A stretch of 63,882 nucleotides of DNA, counting the filler, from Polymyxa betae A26-41 (lineage: Eukaryota; Protista; Endomyxa: Phytomyxea), in NCBI GenBank assembly GCA_003693705.1. It is 4 parts of 4 records of this genome, joined end to end, with 100 filler letters (N's around TTAATTAATTAA, not from the genome) between each part and the next. Parts side by side here need not be neighbours in the genome. Positions count along the whole stretch, not along the records: positions 23,495 to 43,570 come from RBZT01000466.1; 3 more parts are not named here. One strand, given 5' to 3'. The translations under genes and the position numbers were made by a program. This document shows, piece by piece, positions 27,701 through 39,287 of the stretch. The notes beneath the pieces are model-generated. The model was not told where the DNA came from. It made no database searches and saw only the letters and a program-made list of their open reading frames with translations. Numbering within the stretch: the first letter of the stretch is position 1; each line of letters starts with the position of its first letter.

Positions 27701-30700
27701 AGCCACCATGATGGCGTTGCCTTTGGCTCTGCGGTCCTTGAATTATAACAATGGCTCTTCTGGCAAAGTGCTGATCATTTGTGATACCGTTGCAGAGGTT
27801 GGGTGACACGTATGCACGTTCGATACCTGTAATCTTGAACCAGATGATGAGACTGGCATATCAACGCCCATTTAACCAACCAGAACAGTTCCGAGCGCTG
27901 GGGCAAACTTTACAAGACCACTGTCGGGCAATGGGATTCGATTTTTGGGCCATGTCAAAGGCCACACGGTTCTGAACCATCTGTGCGATCTGAGCGAATT
28001 GCTTGGAAGTCCCTCACATTGGAGCAGGTCAGAAAACCATAACATCACTGCACCTGTGACATTGATTGATTTAGTGAGTTTTTGGAATCGACCCATGTCA
28101 CAGATCGTGATTTTATATCGAAAAGCAATTGTCTGAACATTTCCAGAGACATTGCCATACACCACCAATTACGAGCTGTCAATGCCCACATCAGAGACGG
28201 TGGATGGTGGCCTTCAGATTACAAAGATCCGTCCTCTGAATTTGTGGTGGCTGGAAAAGAAGCATTTAGCTACGCAACGTTTGCAGAAGAGATGTCAGAT
28301 GCAGTAATCATCCTCTATCAGACACTAGACGAGGGTCTCGATCCTGTCCAGTTGGATGATTGTGTACCACAAGAAACCATAACCAAAATATGTGACGCTG
28401 TTAGAGGATGGAAGCTCTATAAGTGTTATAGATGCAGAAAAACCAAGATGCGAACAGGCGAATTCTTATCTTGTCTCGACAAAGTCATGAATATGGGCCA
28501 CAATAATTCTTGTGCGAGGCTTCAGCCCGACAAGGACAAATTATGTGTAGTCGGAACACGCATCTATGACATTCGGTCATTGAACCAGTTCTATTTCACT
28601 GGTACTTCGTCAAGGTTGCTCAACATTTACCCACATAAGGATTTCAAGTTTAAGCTTATGATGAGGCAGTTTTGCGGGCATGAGGGCTCTTCGTGTCATG
28701 AGAATGACATTCTCAATCATGACCAATCCAACAGCATCTATATTGGGCATTCTCGCTTCATTTTCAAAATTAATTGATGGTGGTCATCAGGTAACTGATA
28801 TAAATTGAAGAGTTCTGGTTGGCACGTTCTGCGCAAATCACCTCAATATCTGACGGAAGGTTAGCTCACTGTCTGTGCTACTCATCTGCAGTTGTGGCCT
28901 TACCGATTTTTGTAATTTCGAATGACTGCTTGAATTTGGAAACAATGGGTGGCAGTTCTCGTAAGGGGTTTTCGCGTCCTAGTATTGTAGGCACATATTT
29001 TTACTGCCAAAGGTACACAGTAATTATTGGGCTTTCTGATACTGTTGTGAATATCCGCGACCACATCTTTGCTAAGAATTATCTTGAAATGGCGAGAGAG
29101 GTGATCAGCAACAACTCTAATTGATTCTCTGAGAGATTCATTTAGACTTGACCACAGCTGTTATAGTTTGTTGAGGGACGCTTCAACATTCCGTTGTTTG
29201 GGTATCTAATCAGGATATTAGCTTTTTTATCGCAGCGGATTTTCGCAGTGGTAACTTTGATTGTTGTTTGATGATGCAATGTTGAGTCTCCAAACCGGAT
29301 CGCTTTTGATTTGGGTCCTGAGAGCTCCTTTTTTAACGACGATATCGCTGGATTCCAGAAGATTTTAATCATTTGAGGTTTGAAATTTCCCTTGCCAAAT
29401 TGTGATTCTCTTTCGGTCTCACGCTTCAAACCTTATCTGACTAAACTGTCTTCTTCGTAAAATCCGTCCCTATTAAGAGTCTGTGATCGTTCTCTATTTT
29501 TCCGAGCCTCAACGTCCAGAGAAGGTACGCTGTCCTCTGGTGAGACATCCAGGTCATCGCTTGTGTAAATCGACATTGCTTCATCTGGTGACAAGGTCAC
29601 CTCATCGTCCATCATGATGCTCATGGAAATAGGGATGGATGTATAAATATTAACTGAGAAGCGATGTGTCCTGGAAAACTGCGTGGGCAATTGAGACATT
29701 GTCTGTTCGGAATCTATCCATCCATCGTCATGGTTGCTGCAGTATCTTTGGAATCCCCCCAATCGGAGGCCGCCACGACCGTTGATGGTACACCTAGAAT
29801 CTTAGATACGGCTTCCGCCCGTCGGCTGGCTTTCAGTGATGATATCCCTCATGATCGAGAACAATCATACCGCGAACAAGTTTGCCACATCTGAAGTTTG
29901 AGAATGCCGATTGAACTTGAAACTGGATCTGTCGAATCTGTTGAAGAATTGGTTGAAAAAGCGCTTTATGCTGGTCAAGTCAATGAGAACTATGAGATCA
30001 TTGACCCCAATGGTTGGTAGCAGAATATATCATCATTATTCCCAGATGCCATCCATTTGGTGAACGCCGATTTCCAAGACCAAATGGTTGCTGCTTTTAA
30101 ACAGCTGGCCATCAAGATCGACCGAATGGGTCAGGAGATTTCTGAGATACGGGAATTGCTCAAGCCAATCACCGCTAGTCTGTGGGTGCCCCCTCCTAGC
30201 ATGATTCCTGACGTTGCCATCGCGTATTTCGAATCTAAAATGATGGAGACTTCGGACAGCGCATACTTTCAAACTTTACTCCAGCGAAAACACCACGATC
30301 AGATTACCGTAAACTTTTGATTGAAATGGATATGCGAGTCTTATGGATAGTGGTCTCTAACAGGACAATATTCAATTGTCTAAGGCAACGAAAGTTGAGA
30401 TTTCGGAAATCAGCGCCAATCCCAGCGAGACGAAGCGTCAAGCTAAGGACTTCTGCAAAAAATACCTGACCCGTCTGAATGAATCGGATGCGTAAAATTT
30501 GCACGCCTTGATGGCGGAAGCGAAAGAAAAACTGTTCGGTCGCTTGATTAAAACGCGGCCAGGATTGGCGCTCTCAGAATACGGATATAGCCGGGCAGAC
30601 TGTGACAGCCTCGTTACTGCTCATGCCCTATTTCTGGTAAAATATAATGGTCAAACCACAATATATAAGCCAGTCTAACCTGTTTAACTTCAGGTTGCAC

Positions 30701-32508
30701 TGACAGCAAACAATGACTTCCAAACACCTGGACGTCCTGGCAAAGTAGCCAAGACCGTTGCAAACGCTGATACTGCAGAAGTATCGTTTTGGTCCCAGTA
30801 TTCCACTTTTTGCAAGAAAGACAATCATCTCTCCAATCGCGTCTCGAACAAAGGCACCGTTGCCGCAAAAATTCTCGCAATCGCAATGCGAGAGTTTACG
30901 AAATGCATGCTTTTACAGAACTGAGGGTGAATAAACAAAACAAACGCTGTATGTCGTAAACCGACTTAAATTATAGGGGTGCGCAGCCCGCGCAGTCTGC
31001 CGGAGTGCCGGCTGCCGTCAGGATATGCCGTTCGGGTGGTACGCTCGGTTTCCCCGACATCACACCATTGTTGATGCTTATGTTGTTGTCGAGCTAGCCG
31101 AGTTGCCGCCGTGGATGCATCTTTACCATCGCTCGTGCATTAAAGCATCAGGGACCACTCGAACATGTTCTCCCGCGCCCCTGTCACGCCGAGGCCTGTC
31201 TAGCGTTGATGACAGTCAACAGTGAGTTCGGTTTCTAACTTATTGTACACTTGTATAACCTTGATAACGCTAAAAAAGTAATAGCTAGGTGCAGCATGAG
31301 TGGTTGGCTGGCTGACTTGTGAATGAGGTGATCTGCGGCGAACGGAAATATTCGACCTTCTAATGTCTTGGTACAAGAATTACACCAATATACAGGTGCT
31401 CTGATAATTTTTACCGAAACCATACTCTTAGGTCTAAATTGATCCTGACATTGAAGGGATGATCTAAGCAGAGGAATTGTTTTGGAATTTTACACCAGCT
31501 CGCGTCTGGTGATGTTGTTTAGTGATGTGTCGCTTCTTCTTTGATTGATTGGGGCTCCAGGTTACATTTGATTTCTTGGATTGGATTCTGGAGTACTGCT
31601 TAGTTTTTGAGAAGGTAGTATTGCACTCTGTTGGCGCTTTGATACAGTTTCGCCTTTAACATTTAGTTCCCTAATTTAATCTCTGTTTTTGGAGTTTTTT
31701 TCAAACAATTACACAATAATCTCAAATGGTTACTAATATCGGTGATTCTTTTATAGGTTATAGGATATCATTGTTACAATGTGGACTTGCTGAATTCGTG
31801 GGGGCTCTCGTCAGATTTCCGTTTTCGATGGACCAATGTGAGGGTATTTTGCTATGCTGACACTGATCTCACAGACGGCGATTATATGGTCTCATGTTAG
31901 CACCGCAATTCTTGATAGCTGCAGGTCAGTGCGCCGATCCACTGCGGCCAATAACAATTATAAGCTGAATGAAATGGTCGGAGTGATACCCAGCCCCATA
32001 GCAAATTAGCAGACGTCTAGTTGGTGACGCGAGATCGCGATTTCAAGGATCGTTCGTCCTTTCCTTATTCCTGAACCTCTTTTGGTAGCTGATGGTGATC
32101 CTTTTGTATATAGTTTGTTACTCATTATAAAGCGTAATTTATCTCTCAAAAAATTCGTCCAATCCGAGTAGAATTAATGGACCATATCAACATCTCATAA
32201 AGTATTGATTAGTAATTACTTCATGGTCCATCTTGGATTGAATAAGAATTGCTACCTGGGATTTCTGAATAAACCATTGTGGTCAATAACAATTAAACAT
32301 GATGAGATTCCGGAATGGATGACTCCGGTTGTACATTGTGGTCCACAATAAAATTCACTTATGCATTTTACTGAATTTACATTATGACCCATGAAGGATC
32401 TCCATAATGGACCATAATTGCGATACGCATTATGGGCCATAATGGATCTCCGATCCTGAATGCTACAACGTTTGCCATTATGATTCATAATGGACGCACT
32501 TTGCTGTG
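24724..32508 (+). mobile_element. CMC/EnSpm(CACTA)-like DNA transposon, 7.8 kb, CACAG ends, 2-bp TC target duplication
   Basis: Left end TC|CACAGC, right end GCTGTG|TC. Subterminal arrays of CCATAATG/CATTATGG motifs at 24800-25070 and 32170-32495. Removing the element restores the host frame LQSN-PYNPGFDELQIAEAQLLNF-stop. Confidence 0.8.
25400..28777 (+). pseudogene. CMC/EnSpm (Plavaka-like) transposase, disrupted
   Basis: Motifs NPKLAAEIDLYP..FELNESAFW, GGDDLNVSRTK, GIGDNPASLTMCG..RRCR, PELLHTWSLELCKY, SMVGKQLR, and KSNCLNISRDIA...IRDGGWW. These parallel fungal CMC-type transposases (ADNP..C..CR; EILH..LLG.VKY; SN...SRDI; SGGWW). Confidence 0.65.
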
Positions 32509-32673
32509 TCCCTATAACCCAGGATTTGACGAACTGCAAATTGCTGAGGCACAATTACTCAACTTTTGAAATATACATGTTTAAGAAATAAAAAATAGGA
32601 ATCATGCTGAGCAAAACGGGGAACAGTAATTGATATATCCCAAGGAAAACTATTAACCGATATTCAATTCTGA

Positions 32674-33640
32674 TCATAAAACCATCTTTGGCGGCGAAGG
32701 CAAGGCATCGGATCTGCAATAACAACGCCGATCACAGAGGACTGAGACGCTGGGTGAACAGCACAGTGATAAGTTATCTCGAGTATCAAACCAGGAGGAA
32801 GCGCAGCCTGATTTCAGCCGGAGGAAGAGCAGCCCAGTTTCAGCCGGCGGAAGAAACGAGATTCCGCTTTGCGAAGACAAATCAACACCATCACCTCTAC
32901 TACAAGAATCCAAAATGCTGAAATACTGCATGTAGTGGCACAGAGCATTTGAAACCCCCCTTTTCCGACACAAAACTGTATTTTGATGATAGCTGGACCC
33001 AACAGAGCAAGGGCAGCAATGAAGACGCTGGCCAAAAATAAAACAAGCTTATTGGCAATATATCCATATTGATTGGACAGGGGTCGTGAGAATATTGGTA
33101 ATAAATGTTTGTAGGTAAGCAAGAAACCCAGTTCTGCTTACGATATTGATCTCAGCATCGACAGCGGCGTATACCCCGTTCTTTGATACAAGTTTTACAG
33201 AAAAATAAGCCACGAATAACCCGATGACAAATGCCAACGGAATAATCCTATGTGTAAGCCAACCAGTGTTCACCAACCCATCTAGTAGACAGCTCTCGGT
33301 CACCGCAGGTTCCGAACCCGAAATCAGAACAGAGAATGTGAACGCGACAAAGATTGAATCGCTCTGTGCCGCCACGAGAAACATCACCCTGCAAATTGAA
33401 CATCTTTGATTCTGGACAACCGGAATAATACAACTTTGTGTCGTGGAATCGAAATCCTCGGCGTTCTCAGACAATGCTACTAATACCCTACGTTCGCCTC
33501 CCAGAAGTGTCACAACACGCCAATCCAATCAGAATCGCGACAAGTCAATCCGACGAAAAAATTCTCTCGGCTTCCTCTTCCGTGACAATATGTTGGCTAG
33601 CATTAAACGGGTGTTCCTACGCTTTTTGTGATCAATTGCG
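32674..33640 (-). CDS. Hypothetical membrane protein, fragmented
   Basis: Hydrophobic segments (IIPLAFVIGLFVAYFSVKLV; LVLFLASVFIAALALLGPAII) in adjacent frames. No family recognised. Confidence 0.3.
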
Positions 33641-34164
33641 ATGACGCCTTTCGACAGGCACTAGATCATTTTTATATACGCCTGTGGATAAATGGGTTGA
33701 TGGTCGAAGAAGTCATTGCGATTCATCACAGGACCGGCGGAACAATGCCCGTTTAATACCATCACCTAATTTTCTATTACACTGAAACATATACATTAAA
33801 CCTGTCCGCAAAGTTTTGTGAGTTTTTCACGCTATTTTTAGAAGATACGCTCAAAAAATCAGCCTGTCTGTAAAGTTTCCGATAAACAAAGGTACGTTCA
33901 GGAATTGCAATCTTACGTTCGGATAGGCTACGCGCTTGCTAAGCGATAGACCATTGCTGCCTCCGGTAATGGCGAGCCGAGATGATTGGGCAAGTTCTAC
34001 TGAAAGCGAGGACGTGGCTCAATGCTATTTAGATGATGATTGCATGCAGGTGCTGCGAAATGTTTATATATCGGTCAGTGAACCAGTTCATTAACACACA
34101 GCATCAGGTTCTGTATATTTTGCTTCAAAGATCACGGTTAGCAGCATTAGCAGTAGCAAACATA

Positions 34165-35336
34165 ATGGATATTCTTGAGGATGATGATGATAAGACGAGC
34201 GAATGGATGGATGGGGATTTTTCTGTAATTCCAGACGCTCCTGTTTATGATTACTTGTCGTTATCCGTTGGCCACGAAAGTATTTTCACCAGTGAAACTG
34301 GGTTCTTGTTTTCGGAATGGAACGAGCTTGTTCAAAGAGTTAGCCCAGTTATCAATTCTAGAGGAAGAGACGGCAGCATCAAAGTCAAACCTGGAAGATT
34401 TCCGAAGTTAAATGCTGAACAGCGCCTGCTAAACTGTATAACTTATTTGAAGAAGGTACTGCGATTGAGGTGAAATTTAATGAATTTGTGCCCTTATATT
34501 GCCTCTAGGACGATAAAATTCGAGGGTGCTCTTCTCGATGAAATTATAATCGTTCATCCATTTGCAGCGACTGTATTTTCATTTGCGAGTGTATCATTTA
34601 TGCTCTTGGCCATGAGCTGGTTTGGCCAAATAAAGAACGACGTATGGACCTAGCCAAGCACTAACCTGAATTTCATGGATGCATCGGCTTTATCGATGGC
34701 ACTCTGACAGAGATATCACGCCCTGTTGGGCATTTAAATCCAGATGCTCGTCGTTCTTTCAATGGTTAAGAAGATGTACTGTTTTAATAATTCTGTCGTA
34801 GTAGACCATGACGGGTTGTTTCATCTATGTTGACCCTGGTTATCCTGGATCGTTTCACGATATAAGCATTCTAAAGGCTTCTGATTTATATAAGAACTGG
34901 AGGAATTTCTTTACAGGTGAACTGGACTATTTTGAATACGTGCTTGGAGATCGTAAGGTTAATGAAATTGTCGCAAACTGTTACTAATTGTTTCGCAAAT
35001 GCAGCTGGATACCTAGGAGCAGACATGTTCATCATGAGAAGGGTCGATAATCTTGAGGCTGTTGATGTAGATGGGCCATCGATGAATGCATATAATCGAA
35101 GGCATGCCGGAAAGCGAATTCAGGTAGAATGGGGCATCGGAGGGGTTAAAACGAAATGGAGAGTTCTACAAAATCGCCTTATAATGAGAAGAGTCAAGTT
35201 TTCCATTGTTTTCAAATCCTGCTGTATTTTGACAAATTTTATCCACCGGCGTCGAAGAAATATGGCGATTGTCGAAGTCGGAGACGTTAATGCTGGCGCC
35301 TGGGCAGGAGACGTTTCTGATGATGAAAATGTTTAG
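34165..35336 (+). pseudogene. Harbinger DDE (DDE_Tnp_4/HARBI1-like) transposase
   Basis: GCIGFIDGT, PGYPGSFHD, YVLGD|.GY, and NAYNRRHAGKRIQVEWGIGGVKTKWRVL. In-frame stops are present. Confidence 0.85.
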
Positions 35337-35399
35337 GTTTTTATTTGATTACATTTTTACTTTAACGATAGAGTTAAAGCCAATATTTCTGAATTGGAC

Positions 35400-36197
35400 T
35401 GACTTTCAGTGATAACATGATGTTGTTTTTTAAAGGAAAGTATATCATGCTGGTTCTTTAGAAGCTCTTGATTCTGCTTCTGAATGCTTCAGTTTTTGTG
35501 TTTCTTGGGCATTGATGTCGTTAGTTTTTAGCGCTTGATAACGGTCCGATTGCTGATGGAAGAAACTCGCTGCTTGTTGAGTCCCAATATCAATGGATTT
35601 GCAAATCGATTGAATTGCAACAATAGAGCGCCGACGGTGATGGCTTTTTGAAACAGCAACAACGTCGTCAGAATCATCAGCAACCGTAGAGTCCTCGCCA
35701 ACATCAACTTCCGACTTTTGACTAGCGACGATCTTGGGTGATTAAAGCTTATTCGAGTTAGCACCCTGAATAATATCCAGGCGACGTTTCTGCAAGATTT
35801 TCGACGCCATCGTATCAGAATCCATGAGTGCAAGCATAATGTCACAATTCTGTAATTCTGGTTTAGCATTCTCCCCATCAGCGTTTGCTGTCCCAGTGTT
35901 TAAACCATCAAGGAATCCACGAAGAGTATCCTTGAGATTTCTTTCATGACGAGCTTGAAGGTTGCATCCTAGTTTATCTTCGACGTCAGCTTTGATTTTA
36001 TCCCAGACAGTCTTGGGAAATTTCTGAGTTGATTTTTGTTTTCTTCCTTTACAGTAGTCGCTGAAATGAAGGTGATGGGACTTCGCTAGTAACTCGAGAG
36101 TTTCTGGGGACACGGGACTAGCCCGTTTGGCTTTCACGTCTTCTGCAACTACCTCAGCGTCATTTTCGGTGCTATCGACGAGTACTGGAACGTCCAT
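35400..36197 (-). CDS. Harbinger accessory (Myb/SANT-like) protein
   Basis: ORF 35742..36197 with WDKIKADVEDKLG helix motif, convergent with the transposase inside the TIRs. The 3' end is approximate. Confidence 0.6.
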
Positions 36198-36918
36198 CGA
36201 TGGTCCTAACTTTCAACTTGGACGTTTGCTCTATTTTCGGGCCTTCGGGAGATTTTCCAACCACACGTACGGACATTAAGAACTGCGGCGCCCAGCCTCC
36301 GCAAAAAATCGGACCAACGTAGTTTCAACCGGTTGAACGAAAAATTACCCCATTTTACGGACAGGTTTATTGTACGACTGTGATTCATTTCAACCAAGAG
36401 GGTGCCTCAAGTAGAATTTGCAATAATATTTATGAAGATCACATGAATATAAGTGCGAGTGGCTCGATAATTTTCTCTTAGACAATTTTAATGACCATCT
36501 AAGTGGTCTATAATCATAATGCAATGATATCGTTGTAACATGAATCACAGACAGGTTGGGGCTCTGATCGCATCGGTACCGGCGGCCGCCCGAGTTTCTA
36601 TAGAGGCCATCATCTGCTCTGTCCTTTTACTGACAGAGGGAATGCAGATCAATAACAGGTTTTTTCGCATGCCCCTTTAAGGCGATTCACAATTAGGCAA
36701 AGTCAATTCGCATTGGCGAATCTTGACAACTATTGTCATGAAGACGGTTTCCTGACTGTTTTGGATTGGATTGGATTGGATTGCACTATTTGTTAGCACC
36801 TGACTGGTTTAATTGCTTCAAGCGAAAACGAGTCGTTATTGCTCGTGGTACATTTCGCTCTGCCTTGAATATCGCTATATTTTCATTTTCTCTCTAACGA
36901 ATATGGATACAATCCGCC

Positions 36919-38453
36919 TTGTTGGCGGAACAGTGGTGCACTGAATCGCAGTTACCTCAAATGACAGACGATTTGACGCGTTGGGTGTACCCGGTTGCAC
37001 ATCTAATGTACACGGCCAATTTTTACATGGCTCGGCCATTGTCCGAGGACACACGGCTGTATCTACAGCGTCAATTTGCCGGCAGAATTCGAACCGCCGG
37101 GGCACGGTTGATCGAGGCCTATACCTGGTGCTGTGCCTACGCTACATTCAAACCGTTGGCTGAAGTCGCTGATTTTTTTATTGCATTCAAACGTCCTGTT
37201 CCCGATCGCCTGCAGGCAGCACTTTCGAAGGTCGACACGGCAGTCGTCCGATCGCGGATGCTCAAAGAGGTCGGTAAAACGGTTCGAAATCCTACTCGCG
37301 GTACTGAATTTCATATCACTTATACGACAAACGCCGCAATCCTGACGGCGCGGCCCATTTCCTGTACCTGTTTCGTCGCGTCATTCATCCGTTACATTCC
37401 AACTCAAGTCAGATGCTCTGTTTCCGCTATGGTGCCCTCTTGTTCCACCTGATCTAGAGACTGCTGTGACTGCGCAAACGCTGCGCCCAGTCAGGCAATG
37501 CAGCTACTCAAAAAGCCCAATGTCGATATGTGCAACCTAAAGAACGGCCTGAAAATGGATTGCAACTCTGATTGTCCCGGCTCGAACGAGCGGGATTGCT
37601 GGAATCAGATCGTCAGACAAGCCTGGTATCCTAAACTGGTTCTTGGCCAAACATTGCACTGTGGAACAAGCTTGTTCGCTGATAAGGAGATTCCCGCTTT
37701 CACTTTCATCGTTGAGTACACAGGCAAGGTATTAGAGCGGTTTCGTCAGATCGCGATAAAGCTGCTACTAAAATCGGCAGCACTTCAGTCAGTGGTAAAT
37801 GAATTGTGTTTTATTTCCAGCTCGAATCCCAGCTTCATTCAGCTCAGTCCGAACGGACACCGTGCGGACTCCGCGGGGGTCTAGCCCATTAATATTACGG
37901 TACGTCTTCATACTTTAGTCTTGTTCGCATCTTTGTTACGCATCAGATTTATGCTTGAGTCATCAAGGCTTCTCTGCGTGCGCTGATCTTCAATCTGCGT
38001 ACGCACTTTAGAAGGGATAAGATTTTATAATGTTTTTTTAATAAATCTGATACAGTATACTTGTTCCCATCATCTAGCAAACATGTCGTAATCTGGTGTG
38101 TAGAATGTGGAGGGAGGTGAATGGGAGAACAACCCCAAATATGACGCAAACTACACGGCCTACATTGATCCGGCAACGATGCTCTGCCAACATATGATCG
38201 GAGGCAGTTATCCACTTGCTGCTTATGCGAACAGTATGTGTGACCCCAACTGCGAACTGAAGCCCTGGCGAGTCCCTAATGACGGCAAACGACCCGCTGA
38301 AAGAAAAATACTGGTGTCCAAACGTCCGATGAAAAAAGGAGAGGAAATCGGTGGGACTATCTGAAAGAAAAGATTTGGCGCCAATTCGTAAATGGCCTGT
38401 GCAGTGCCTGCTGTCCCTGCAGTCGATGTCGGGCGTCGCGTCAACAGGCATGA
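36919..38453 (+). CDS. SET-domain lysine methyltransferase (Cys-rich pre-SET/AWS-like + SET + post-SET), intron-containing
   Basis: DCNSDCP...CWNQ pre-SET region, GTSLFADKEIPAFTFIVEYTG, AYANSMCDPNCE and KKGEEI(G)WDY (1-nt frameshift in a G run). Post-SET CSACCPCSRCR. Confidence 0.8.
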
Positions 38454-39287
38454 GGGACAGAGCGATATGTTAGCCCCTGACTCCAACATTGACCAACAAT
38501 AAGGGTCCCAACACCCGGCAACCGGACCGCTGGTCGTGGTGGTAGACCGCAGGCGACCCATGCAACTGCTCGGGTGTCGCCGGTAACACTACCAATAAAC
38601 AAACAGTGAGACCCTGCTACTCTACCACCTTTCGGGGTGGCCGGGCCTGATATTTTTCTCAAAATCAAGAACGAGGTGTTTCGAAACAGTAAATGAGCTG
38701 GGTTTGTTGTCTACCCCACTTGTGAGGTTTTCGCAGCCGGCTAACGCATGCCTCTGCGCTGGTCGCCCATCTGTTGAACGCCGCTGATCAACCGGTTGAA
38801 CACTGTTGCATTTACCGTTGCCAGCAGTTGCAATAATCGTTGTCAGATGTTGTACTTACCGTTGCTATCGTGGTTCGGTGAAAATGGCAACCCTTTTATG
38901 TACCACCTGTTTGTACAAGGGTTCCTAACCGTCACGCGAGCGGGTTTCCGCGTGTTTCCCAACCGCTGTCGACAGTTAACGCAAATGTTGTTGAGATTTT
39001 ATGTGAATATTAAAAAAACAATGGGCGCAACGCATCCCGCCAGAGGAGCGCTTTCACCTCCAGCGATTGACATGCACACTGTGCAAAACTAGCAGTAAGG
39101 GTTCGGAAGTCAGACATACAGACTCCAGGAAGCCAACCACATGACCGCATTTCGTGCTAGGCGGCGAAACGGGCGAATCGAAACCTATCGGGCATAGCAC
39201 ATGCACCGGAGGGCGGGCAATCGGGGCCACGAACCCTGCTTTCTCCTACTTTAAATACGCGACATCGGCGCCGCTGTTGGAATCCAA

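Larger units (their letters stand above)
33798..36368 (+). mobile_element. PIF/Harbinger DNA transposon with both termini and ATT target duplication
   Basis: TIR AAACCTGTCCGCAAA vs TTTACGGACAGGTTT (1 mismatch), with ATT on both flanks. Contains convergent transposase and accessory genes. Confidence 0.85.

Noticed and set aside
33798-38453. SET gene as cargo of the adjacent Harbinger element
   Set aside because: The Harbinger TIR and ATT duplication close at 36368-36371, before the SET gene starts.
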